A stretch of DNA of 63,940 nucleotides, the filler included, from Klebsormidium nitens (taxonomy: Eukaryota > Plantae > Klebsormidiophyceae): assembly GCA_000708835.1 (NCBI GenBank). It is 7 parts of 7 records of this genome, joined end to end, with 100 filler letters (N's around TTAATTAATTAA, not from the genome) between each part and the next. Parts side by side here need not be neighbours in the genome. Positions count along the whole stretch, not along the records: positions 19,691 to 34,017 come from DF238046.1; positions 34,118 to 44,804 come from DF238148.1; 5 more parts are not named here. One strand, written 5' to 3'. The position numbers and the translations under genes were made by a program. The notes beneath the pieces are model-generated. The model had not been told where the DNA came from. It was given only the letters and a program-made list of their open reading frames with translations, and made no database searches. This document shows, one piece after another, positions 32,545-44,804 of this stretch; positions within the stretch are counted from its first letter, which is position 1; every line of letters starts with the position of its first letter.

Positions 32545-35500
32545 GCGATGCCTAGGTAAGGCCTAAGAAGCTCTGGTGCACGGATGCCTTAACTTTTGAT
32601 GCATTCGGAGATAGCCAGCCATTTGTATCAACGTAAGACATTGACTAGAAGCAGTCTATAACCACATCAGCGGCCCAAGCAATCAGAGGCTTCAATCTGC
32701 AACCAGCGACGTACCTTCCTGCCACTGTGACGAGGGTTGGCGTCTTTGAGGGCTGGCGTCTTTGAGAGCAGGATCCGCAGCGAGTGGCCACACTCGAACC
32801 CCTGATTGCAAGTAGCTGGGCCTTCTGCATTCAGTAGTCCACATCAGAGATCGGCATGACCGCAAGAGATCCATAGTTTTGCTCAATGACATACTACATA
32901 AATGCAGTCAACTTGCATGCAGGTGAACGGCCATTTCCGGACCGCGCTCCATAACCAGCAGATTTTGAATTGGTGATTGGTGGCAGAGCAACGATGAGTG
33001 GTCAAGAGAAGCGTTTGCAGACTGTTAGATGCTTAGTGCACACAATGCTTTTCGCGTTTGGATGGCCAGCGCATAAGCAGCTTTTTGTAAGAACTGGTGG
33101 CCTGCCAGAATACCTCAACTGCACGTGTATTTGATCATTTTAAAGATGTGTCACCACAGGTATTTGTTGAATGACACAAAGGGTGTCGAGAATCCCTTGT
33201 TCCCTCGGTAAGAATGTTGATGCACAGCAATCTTTCAACATTTCTGACAACGACGTGCTCACATGATGCCCACCTTGTGCTTGCAGGTATGCCAACTGGG
33301 CAGTAGCGGAAGAAGAGAAACATGCTAGGGTGTTAGGATCAGCGGTTCCGCACTAGCTATCTGTACATATGAAATGCAGGGCTCTCATCTCCAATCTGGC
33401 ATTGTGTCCTGACATCTCGCTGGTGTCTTGCTTCATTCTCGTCTTGTGGGCTTCTTGCTTCTTGAGAATGTCGGAATGTCAATTCAAAAGTTGCATGTGG
33501 CTTGGGCAAAGCAGCCCACCAGCAGATTGAGAGATCTAATCTTCTAACCAGACAATTACTTGACTGCATCATGCTATGAATGCTGCATGTTTTGAATGAA
33601 AGACCTGCTTATTTGAGCTCTACATGGGTCATCATGAGCTGCCTGCAGATTTGTCACCGGACTTTACCACCTGCCATCTTTTGCCAATGATCATGGATGC
33701 AGGCCCTGACGCCCTCCTCTTGGAGCTCTTGATTCTAGCTTCTCAGGATGGGCTCAAACTTGTAAAATGGCGCCTCCTTGTTTCTGCAAGAGGGATGCAT
33801 GTGAAAGGAAGTCCTGCTTTTTCCTACTTGCTGCATCATCTTGCTGCTAATATGCTTCCTGATCACCAGGCATTCTTGCAGCCTATGCACCGTCCGATAG
33901 CTTTCGAGCGTGCCGCAAAGCAGGGCATTCAAGTTTCGCACGTACGGCCAACTGGAATGCGAAACGAATACGACAGGGCGTGGCGATCCACCTGGGACTA
34001 GTGGAAGCTGGCATTCTNNNNNNNNNNNNNNNNNNNNNNNNNNNNNNNNNNNNNNNNNNNNTTAATTAATTAANNNNNNNNNNNNNNNNNNNNNNNNNNN
34101 NNNNNNNNNNNNNNNNNGCGGGATATACCGCCGCCGCTTGCGCCTTACGGACCGCCAGGTTCTTACCACGGGCCGACCGTTACATGGTCTGAGTGCACTA
34201 TTCAGACGTGGTCCCGGTCGATCCACTAATCATCCTCCACAGGAGATTGCAAGCTCTTCTGTCGCTACACCAAATGGACCCGCCGTTGATCAGCTGCATT
34301 GACACGAGTTTCCCATCAAACTCCCGGCCTTACTTGGTTACTCTATACGTAAACACAACCCGGCCATTGGTAGATTGGTTGTGAAGCCAAGAAGCCTGCC
34401 TTGTCGTATCGTCTCCTCTGCAGGGCTTAGAGCACACTTCCCGGCCCGGCCCTCTTCTGGCCTCCGCTTCTCCGGGGCCGCCCGCTTATGCTTGGTGACT
34501 GATCAACGGAAGCTTGCAACGTGGCCGACCTTCCTTGACCTGGGTGTTCTTTTTGCATTGGAACGTCGCAGCTTGGCACCAGCAGCCATCAAGGAGTAGC
34601 TCGGATGTTTCTGCTATAATCATGTCGCTGCAGGCAATCACGTTTCGCGCAGACTCGGTCAAGTGATCTTTCTTTCCGACATACGGCCGGGTATGTCTAG
34701 ATTTGGACCTGTCACTGATTGAAGGCACTGTATCTGATTTAGGCCAGAACAGACGGTTCGATTTCAAGCCATAGGTGAAAAGCGACAGTCCACCTAGTAG
34801 CCCAAGGGGCCTTGGCTTAGTAGACCTCACTCTGGATCATAGTCTTACTTATTTGTATCCTAGGATTTGAACTCTGCAACGCTAGTAACGCTCTTTGTTT
34901 TGATTGAACTTGTTTCATCTGACTGACGGCCGTGACATGCTGGTGCAGATGTACTTCCGCCTCGCCCGTCGCAGTGCAGTCCCCGGGCTGCAGTATGTGT
35001 CAAACTCTGTCACATCGCATGTGAGGGCTGATGGGTCTCAGGCTGCCTACTTACCCGCTAGTCATGAGTCCTTGTTTGTGCACAGTAATCACAGTGAGGG
35101 AGTGAAGGTTTTGCCTAAGATGCCCGAGCCTTCTTTGACGTTCTGCAGGCCCGGGGCAAATTCTTATGCGCACGCCCGTATCTCAGCATAAGCAAGCTTT
35201 CTATCGTTGAGTCGTGATTCCAATGTGTATTACCATGTCGTGGAAGCTGTGTCACGATGCAGTCGCTCAAAACTCGTAGACTTGATCGTAAGTGACGACA
35301 TCATGTACAATGTCACGCATCCACTGATAACTTTACTCTAGCTAGGTACTGTTTGGAGACACCTGAGGCTGATAGCGTCCATGCATGTTGAAAAGCACGC
35401 GCGCAGCAATGCCAATACCAAAGTTTTGTGATACTGTCCTAAGCAGATCTGCTAGACGGGCCTAGGAGGGTCTACAGCAGCACTCAGCTCGCAACAACAA

Positions 35501-36219
35501 ACAAGAAGCAGCAAAATGGCAAACCACATGTATTCTCATATAGTGTGGAATACGAGCGGTTCGTGGGTAGCTAGTACCGTGTGACATGGCCGAGTCAGTG
35601 TGAACTTCGAATCGACGTTGACCAACCAATGCAAGGCAATGTACTAGGAATTTTTAGTCCTTCTGGGGGCCTTCTGGGCCCCAACGTGGCCCCAACCCAA
35701 TTATGAATGTGGTTTGAAGATACTTACCAAAAAGTCCAAAAGGTTGCTTGTCAAGATTGTCAAGGTTTGCAACTGCTAGCTTGTGGCACTAATCCGGTTC
35801 TTTGTAAACATAGTGGGACAATGAATAGCAAAAGCGTACATGCTCAAACACACGTTAACAAAACCATACCAACATATTAGCGACCAAGGCCAAACTGGCC
35901 GTCACTTATGAAGATCTGAAAGACTTTTCTCGACTCTGATCCAGGTTTTATGAGAAGCCTGAACGTTCCGATATTGCCAACCCGGGGTGCCAACACTTGT
36001 AATAAATACAGGATGAATACGAATCCGTGATGAGAGCGGAACTACCTAGAGTCTATTGTGATGCAGACCGGATACTACTCAAGAAAATGAAGTCAGCTGC
36101 CTCTAGGCACCGTGACTGTCCGACTACTTTCGTGCAACGATGCGAAGACTGCAAGAGGAGGGAGCGGGGGGGCCCCGAGGGGGAGCGGCAACCGGAATCC
36201 AACGGGACGAAGTTCGCAC

Positions 36220-36411
36220 CTGTACAAGCTTAAGCACAAAAGCTTCGCGAGCAAATGAAGTATTCCCCGCTAGCCATTCAGTCCATTTATTGGACGGCAG
36301 GTCAATATAAGCACGGCGTTGTAGAAGATCATTGATGATTTTGACGTCATATACCGTGTAGTCTCTACTGTAATGTGGTGAACTTCTCTTCACCCTCTCT
36401 TTATGTGACAC
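36220..36411 (-). CDS. Possible first exon of a gene divergent from BTAF1 (unknown product)
   Basis: ATG-initiated 64-codon frame ending at a CAG|GTGCGA donor. Confidence 0.3.
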
Positions 36412-37044
36412 GCGGCCCCGGCGATTGAAACGGAGAGTTGAGGGAGAGTTGAATGCCTATCGAGTGCATGGGACCGAAACAAATTGCAAGCATTGAAGAA
36501 AGCAACGACGCCGTTCAATGCTCACGTTGCGGCATTGCCGTGACGGCAGCAAAAAAAGGGTAGAATTCTCCCTATGATTCGAACCCTTGTTTTGTTGGTT
36601 CGGGGCCAGGCGCTTAGCCTTTGTGTCGTGGATATGTAAGTTTCTCGAAGCGGTGCCAGAGGGCCATTTGAAAAAAAACCTATATCCTAGTTTTAATTAA
36701 AGCGACTGCAGATTACTGTACATGCCCTGCTACGGGGAGGAAGCGCGGGCTGTAGAATCATAGTAGTACTAGTAGTAGTACGGTTAAAGTCCTGCCTGAA
36801 ACTCAGACAGGGCGATCGGATTCTGTTGTTTGAACACTGTATTGTATCGAGCTGCCTCCAGGCTCCTAGGATCTCCTGGCTGTCTGTCTAGCAATATATG
36901 TAGTGGCCGCTGAGCTTTGCTGGCCCGTGCCACATGTTGCCTTCGTTGCCAGTGGGCCACGGTAGACCGGTTGAGCATACAGATGTACAGATCTTCTGCT
37001 TGAGCAAAAGAACGGCAGTGATGGGAGGTTGCTGAATGTGCAAA

Positions 37045-40000
37045 ATGGCAAGCTCCAGTGGCGACCCAGCTGCGAACGGCAAGGGAATCACTCGGCTGGA
37101 CCGGCTCCTCACGCTGCTGGACAGTATCCTTTTTTTGCACTACCGTCGTGTTGTGCACCACAAACTAAGTCCCCCTTCTTCTTCTGCGTGAATGTTTTGT
37201 CTACGGCACTTTGGTGATTCAAGTTGTTAGTTGGTGAACGGGTGCAGCAAGTCTTGTTTCACAGCAAGCGCAGTTCTACACTGGTCAAAGTTTATCTCTG
37301 CATTGCAATCAATGCGACCCCCTCCCTTGTTGAGCCACTATGACTTCTAAAGGTGCGCGCAGTTGAAGTGCCTCAACACAGGAATGAACTCTTTTGACAT
37401 AGGTACCTTATGATTGTACTGTTTTGTGCGATTCTTTCCTAAGGGGTAGGTTAGAAGCTGGTTTATTGCCCACTTAATAAAGAACAGGCAAACAATGAAC
37501 CTCGACCTTCATTGGGGTAACAAGTCCTTGACACACTCGCAGCTGGTGGCACTCCCGCCACTCGCCGCAATGCTGCGCAGCAGATTGGGGAGCTGGTTGG
37601 GCTGCACAAAGAAGGCCTCCGCGCCCTTCTTGCAAAAGTAAGCGTCTGTTCGCCATCCCTCTGACTCTTTGATGCTTGAAGTAGCCGGACTGCATGTTGA
37701 AATCCAATGGTGGCCAGAAAAAGATGTAAGAAGCTCCAGCAAAATCTGGGTCCAGGAATCTGACGCAAGTAGCCCTTCACACAAATGTCGGCAGAAAAGA
37801 TTTACAACCTGTCAAGAAAGTTGAATCAAGTTGAATCAAGTTGATGAAGAATGGACCAAGTCTGCAGCCTTATGGGGCCACTTTCAGAATAGTTTGGAGG
37901 CCTTGTAGCCCAATCTTCCAGTCCGTCAGCTCTTGCAAGTGCCTCATCCTGGTCGCTGCTTGAATATCCTACATCTGCTTGCCTTTGTTTCTTTTCCCTA
38001 TCCATTGTCTTCTGTTGCATACCTCTGCCCTCACCCTCGCACCTTTGATCTATAAGTAGACAGGCTTACTCTTCATGCAACATCATGTTGCTAATCTATC
38101 TATTTGCCACCCCTTTGCTCACCTGATCCACCATTCAGCACATGCACCTGAAAAAGGCACATCGCCGCTGGGGCTTTCTCCGGACTTCCATCAGCGCAAT
38201 CCTCATATAAGCTACGACTTGCCCCCTCCTTGTGCAGATTCATCGCTTCCTGCGCAGCAAGAAGTGGGACACTCGTGTGGCGGCCGGCCAGGCTGTGGGG
38301 GCCATCGCCCAGAATGTACCTCATGTTACTGTGGAGAGCTTGGAGAAAGCTGGCGAGCTGGCGAGCACTGGGGGGCAGCTGAGTACGGACAAGCTGGACA
38401 TTCAAGGATCGGGGACGTCTGAAGGGTCGTTGGACAGCGGGCTGATGCAATTTTCGAGGTAGGTTGCCTTGAAGCGGCCCCAGTGGGTAACATCGTCAGG
38501 CAGATAAGCGAGAGGGGAGGGTTTCCGAAGGATAGTGGCACCCAATCTATCGCATTGGACCTCCAATGTCAGTGGTCGAGCCATATTGTTGCCTAGTTTT
38601 CGCTGCTGGCGGGTCCACTGGTCCCCGAACATCCCGACCCGATCAGCTTCTTGCACTTTCATCAGTCGTCTCCTCTGACCATCTGACCAAGAAGATATGA
38701 CCGCCCCTCCATCGCTGCTTGTCTTCGTTAGCGCGATTGTAGTACGTCCGCAACCGTCACGTCATGCAATTCGATACTCTATGATGACCTGCTGACGGTT
38801 GACCGAGATGAATATTTCTGCCCCGAACTCCACCAGCTTCGACATCCAGAAAGTACTGGAGCACGGTGCGCTTCTCCTCTCGTCGGGCGGCGAAGAATAC
38901 GATTCTGCACCGGTGGGGGGATCCATTCAGGAACGGCTGGCGCAGCAGAGACAGAACCTGAAGCGCAGGCTAGGTGAGGTATCGTTTCTCGTGCTCAGGC
39001 GCTGGACATAATTCTTTACTTTTATTCTTCTCCTCAGTTGACGCGTTCCGTCTTCCGAAGTCATGTCAGCCTTCTACAACGAAAGCTACCTGGAGACAGA
39101 TCCTGAAGCGCAGACTAGATGGGGAATCGTTTCTCGTGCTCAGGCGCTGGATTGAGACTCCTACTTCATCGATTTTCTTGTGAGATTCTATCTGACCACT
39201 TGACCGGACGTGACCAGTTGTTCTGCCACCGCATGTGATACAGTGTAAAATACCTCTCACACTGCGCCGTCCCAGCACCTAATGTGCTCTTTGCGTCGCG
39301 CTTCGTGGCGCAAACCAGACCAACTGACCTCTTCCCGTCAGATTCGTTTTTCGTCCCGTTCGGTCCTTCTGATTACACCACAGCAGATCACTTCGTTTCT
39401 TCTTCCCACGAAAATCTGATGTTCGTTTTGGTAAAAGAAGTACACGCTACTCCCTAATGTGGCGCAGTTTTGGAGCGATATTTCTATGCACTTCAAAGCG
39501 CCGCTTTCTTCCGGCAGGTCTGGAAGAAGCGGAGCGGTTCTTGGACGTGAATCAGATCTTCGAGGATGAAGACTTGGTGCAGGTAAGTCGGAAGAGCTCC
39601 ATATGGACTTCACTGACTGGAGCATGCGCTCCGCTTCGAAACAAGCCAGCCTCGGAACGGATGCTAGTTGTGCGAAAGAAGGTGCATCTTCCCGTTCGCA
39701 TGCTTCCGCGGTCCTGTGATTTGTTGTTTGGAATGCACTGCGTGCACGTCACCTTCCTTTCATTACCCACTGAGAGGATTGCGAGCTCTGTACAGGTTCT
39801 GTAACTACATCTGTGAAAGGCTTTAGTGGTGAGAACTTCTAGGCCATGTGTAGCCTTGTCATCGGATTCCTCTCTCTCAGGGACAGTCCTGGTCCCTGCA
39901 ATTAGGATTTCGTTGATCCAATGTACTCCGTTGTCTGATCCTTCGTCTTTCTGATCTTATCATTGGATAAAAGATGTTGATGATCATTTTTCGTGATCTG

Positions 40001-43000
40001 CCTACGCCTCCTACTCTTTGCTGGTTGCTCTGTTTTCAAATATGACACTTTTCAACACCTGGCGGGGGACCTTTCCGACGGAATGTAATTAGGTCTGCGA
40101 GGATCATACGAGCATCCAGATTGTGGGAGGAACGACGGGAACCGACTCTTTCAAATTTCTCCGGAAACACTCACGGGCTTTTCCGCAGAAGCCCAGCAGA
40201 GACGCTCTGCCGCCGGGCCGCCACCAAAAGTTTGAAGAGCTTATCTTGGGGATGGGCCACCTGAGGAAGCCAATCACCGAAAACGAGGCTGTAGACGGCT
40301 AAAGGTCGTCTTTTCCGCTAAGACAAGAGGTCGAGACAACCCACTGCTTTGTCCGCAGACGCCCGCCGTGGAAGCTCTGCCGTCGAGCCGCCGCTAAAAG
40401 GTCGAAAAGCTTATCTTCGGGATGGGCCACCCGAGGGACCCAGTCACCAAAACGAGGCTGTAAAGACCCAAAAGCTTGTCTTTTCCACTAAGACAAAAGG
40501 TCGAGACAACCCACTGTTTTGTCCGTAGAAGCCTGCCACGGACGCGCTGCCGTCGGACGGCCGCCAGAAAGCGAAGGAGCTGAACTTGGCGATGGCCCAC
40601 ATGAGGAAGCCAATCACCAGAATCGAGGCTCTGTATGGCAACGAAAACGTCTCTCTTGTCTGATCCTACCAGAACACTGATGGCCGAGTAACACCCACGA
40701 TTGTGTCCGCAGAAGCCCGCCGCGGACGCTCTGCCGTCGGACGGCCGCCAGAAGGTGGAGGAGCTGATCTCGGGGATGGGCCACCTGAGCGCGCGCGAGC
40801 GGAACCAGCTGAAGCGCAAGGCCAAGGCGCAGGCGCGCGGCCGCGAGGCCGCTTACGTCAGCAGGGAGGAGGAGGGGCCTGCGGCAAAGAAGCAGCGTGC
40901 CAGCAAGACCGTCGTCACGGAGCAGCCGCAGGACGGGAACAAGGTGAGGCGTCAGCATTCGATTGCGTTCAGCAATTGATTGCGTCAGCATCTGGGGGGG
41001 TGGTAGCTCGATTTTTGGATTTTGTGGCCGTGGCCTTGGAAGTGTGTGCTCCGCTCAAGGTCGCTGCGATTGTTAGAACGCGTAACTTGGCAATACGTCA
41101 TTCCGGCTTGCCAACCACGGCTTGCGCTCTTCTCGATAGGGACAGGATCGAGGTGCACAGAGCATCCTCCTGAATCATCTATCACTGTCCTCGTACAGTA
41201 GATTAGCTCAGGCTTTCGCAGAAAGGGAAGGCATCGATTACTCTGCTCCGGAGATCCGGACATCTTCTGAGAATAGAAATCAGAGATCGCCGATTTGCCT
41301 AGACTCGCTAGATTGTTCACGAAAGGATGTCACCCTAGGATCCCTAAACCCTAGATCACTGAGAATCCCCTGTTTACCTGAAAGCGTTCTGTTTGGGACT
41401 TCCAGGTGATGGTGGAAGCCGTGGCTGACGAGGACGCGGAGGAGGACGACTTTGCGGGCGCGTGGCCGTTCTCCAGCTTCTGCGACCGCCTCCTGCACGA
41501 GATGTTCGACCCAGGTGGGCGCCCCACAGCGTGTCACGTGGCTCAGCCCTCTGAGAAGCATCACTTATATTCCGCGTTTCGAACCTGGGCGGATTGTTGT
41601 CAATTCATTTATGTGTAGGCTCCACACCTGGCCGTCTGAATGAAGCTCTTGAAAACGGAGCCTGAGGTTTTGAAAGCGGTCGCACTCTCGTTTCGTCCAA
41701 TGTTGAAACTTACGGATGAGGCCCGATCTTGGTCCAAACAGTGGGCCCCAAATTTAACACCGTCTCCCTCCAGTGGTTTTTGGAAGATTTCGCTCCATCG
41801 GTGGTGGTTTTCCGAGTCTTAGTCCACATTTTTCGTCAAAACATTGGGAAAGTTTTTGGAATAGCTTCCTTTATCTCGACACACGATGAACCAAGGACTG
41901 TCATTCCAGAGGCTTCTTCGACACCAAACATATTTCCTTACCTGGTCCAGTCTGGGAGATCCGCCACGGTGCCATCATTGCACTTCGCGAGATCCTGAGC
42001 TCCCACGCGTCCAGTGCTGGCATCACCAAACCCCTGGAAACTTCGAACCCCTCTGCCGCGGCCCTAGAAGCCCGGCGCTCAAACGAGGCGTGGCTTGAGG
42101 ATTGCGCGGTGCGCCTGCTGTGCATCTTCGCCCTGGACCGCTTTGGAGACTTCGTGTCGGATCAGGTGAGCGCTTCTCAGAGTCCTCCTGAGCCAGCAGG
42201 GTTCAAAGTGGATTCTTTTTAATCTTCAAGGGGAGGAGAAGTCTCGCGGCTTAGAGCGAAGAGGGCTTGACAATACCGATCTATTGACGGTTTGCACAAG
42301 TTCTGTTGATCCAGAGTCTCCGATTTTTTTGTGTTCAGTCATCAAGTCAAGCCATGCGTCGTCAAGAGTGTTATTCTATACTTTTAAGAAACGCTTCCTT
42401 GACAAGCAGTACACGTAACTCATGTAAGTGGAATGTCGAAGACGCCTATACTTCATTCATCAACATCATATAAGCCAGCAAGACCATCTCTCAATCCCGG
42501 CAGACCTCTGGTCAAATCTGTCCCCAGTCACTGGCCAAACCAAAAATCTCAAACTCTTCAAAGCCGCATCACGGGAACCTCTTCCGAAACTTTCTCCACC
42601 ATTCTCTTGCAGACCGTCGCTCCCATCCGCGAGACCACCGCCCAGGCCCTCGGCGCCGTCCTCCGCTCCGCGCCCCCGCGCCTAGTTGCCTCCACCCTCT
42701 CCGTTCTCTCCGTGCTCCGCTCCCGGCCCGAGTGGCAAGTCCGCCACGGAGCCCTTCTAAGCCTCAAATACCTAGTCGCCGTGCGCCCGGGGATGATTCC
42801 CGGGCTCCTCGCGCCGCACCTCCTGCCCGCCGCGCTGGCCGGGCTACGCGACCGGGACGATGACGTCATCGCGGCGTCGGCCGACGCGCTCCTGCCAGCG
42901 GCGGGCGCGATCGCGGGGGGGGCCGGGGAGGCGGTGCCGCGGCTGTTGCGGGCGCTCTGGGACGCGCTGCTGAACCTGGACGACCTGAGCCCGTCGATTG

Positions 43001-44804
43001 GGAGCGTGATGCGGCTGCTGGCGGAACTGTACGCGCAGCCGGGGGTGGCCGCCGCAGGTGAGGGGCCGGGAGTTGGAGGATTTTTGGGTTCTTTTCCGTG
43101 GATCTTGCCCGACGCCTTCAGACCGGACGAAGCGCAACTGCCGACGGTCCCTAAGCAAACCCTCTTAGGGGGAATTCGGGGCACACGAGGGTCAACCTTT
43201 ACCTTCAAACACTCTGCAAATATGAAACAAATTCCGCCCAATAATCGTAGGCGGAGCTGTACGCTAAGCGGGGGGTGGCCGCCGCAGGTAATGCTCCGAT
43301 CGTATGACATCCATATCCAGCAGACTGAGCGTTTTTGACTGGTGTCAACGCTGGTAGCATATAGTATCCATATACAGCAGACTGAACTTCTTCGACTACT
43401 GTTAACGCTTCAATCATATGACATCTACACACAGCAGACTGAACTTTTGTGACTTTTGTTAACGTTCCTATCATCTGACACCCATAGACGGCAGAATGAA
43501 CTTTCTAGATTCGTGTTAACATCCTAGGAGATGCCGGACTGGAGTCAGGGGCTGTTAGGTTGTTTGAGTTGCCTGGGTTCATGGGGGGCATGTCTTAGTT
43601 GTTGCCGTACTTGTAGCGGCATAGACAGGGCGTAGACGATGCACGCCCGGTGCTGAAGTTTGAGCTGCTAACTGCTACAAACCAACGTGCAGAGCACGTA
43701 GTCATCAACGATGTCGGTAATCACGTCTTTTATGTCTCAAAAAAGGAATGCTTCGTCGTCCCAAGAGTAGAACGGGTCCTTTGAAGTTTCGCTCCTGAAG
43801 CTTCCCTTGCTTTTGTACAGGTGCACGCTCCGCCGTTAAGAAAGAAGAGCCCGACCCCGATACCGCCCAACTCCCCAGTCTGGAAAACCTCGTCCCTCGC
43901 CTCTGGCCCTTCATGCGGCACACAATCACCACCGTCCGATCAGCCGCAATAACGACGCTGGAACGCCTCCTGAACACGCACGGGGGGGTCGCATCGGCTG
44001 GCGGAAGCACCCCCCTCTGGGTGTCGGCCGTCCTCTCAGACGCACTGCGGCTGACCTTCCAAAACCTTCTGCTCGAAGTCAACGAACCGATCGTCGCGAG
44101 TTCGCGCAACGTTTGGGAGATTCTGCTCCACAAAGGGGGGGCGGAGAAAAGCGCACCGTTCCTGGGGGGCTGGTTTGCCCTGGCGGCGACCCCCTCGGGG
44201 ATGCGGCTGGACGCGAGTCTGCTCCTTTCGGGGGGGAGGTTAGAGGAGAAGGACCGGGGAGGGGGTGGAAAACAGACGGGGGGTGTCGAGCGATCTGGGC
44301 CGTTGGTTGGGGCGGAGGGGAGCCCATCGGCGGTGGAGATGCGCGCGCAGGGGGGCTGGGCTTTGGCGAGGCTGGGGCTAGCGCTTCAGAATGAGAACAT
44401 TGGGGGTTTCTGTGGGCACGTGACGGAGTTACTCCAAAGCCCCCGGGCGACGAGCCGCCAGCTGGCCGGTACGATCATGGCCGAGTGGTTTAAGGGTTTG
44501 GCAAACCCCGATGCTTCATTAGCAAACGGCGAAGTGAAGACCGAAAACGGTGGTGTCAAGACGGAGGGAGGAGCGAAAATGGAAGAGGTTTCCAGCGTGC
44601 TCGGTTCGCCGGCCGTGGCTGCGTTGAGGCAGAGAGCGCTGGAGCTTCTCCAGGCAAATGACGCCGGTTCCCCCACCCCGGGCTCTGCCGCGCCCTACGC
44701 CGACCTGAAGCCGATTTACACCAGGATGCGCGAGGAGGCGGCGGCCATGGCCGCGCACGCCCGCGCGGCCGGTGTGAAAACCCCGGCCTACAAGTTCGAC
44801 GCGC
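37045..44804 (+). CDS. BTAF1: TBP-associated factor BTAF1/MOT1 (SNF2 family), N-terminal HEAT region, 3'-partial; exons 37045-37123, 37543-37637, 38238-38458, 38837-38973, 39518-39582, 40713-40943, 41406-41514, 41951-42165, 42613-43057, 43821->44804
   Basis: Spliced translation gives RLDRLLTLLDTGGTPATRRNAAQQIG, LRSKKWDTRVAA, WEIRHGA, LDRFGDFVSDQTVAPIRET and LVPRLWPFMRH. All ten exons join in phase at GT-AG boundaries. Confidence 0.93.
40186..40800 (+). repeat. Four tandem copies (170/170/184-bp spacing) of the BTAF1 exon-6 acceptor and exon start
   Basis: CCG(C/T)AG|A..CC...GATGG.CCAC motif with acceptors at 40186, 40356, 40526 and 40710; only the last copy continues into the conserved ORF. 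Confidence 0.88.
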
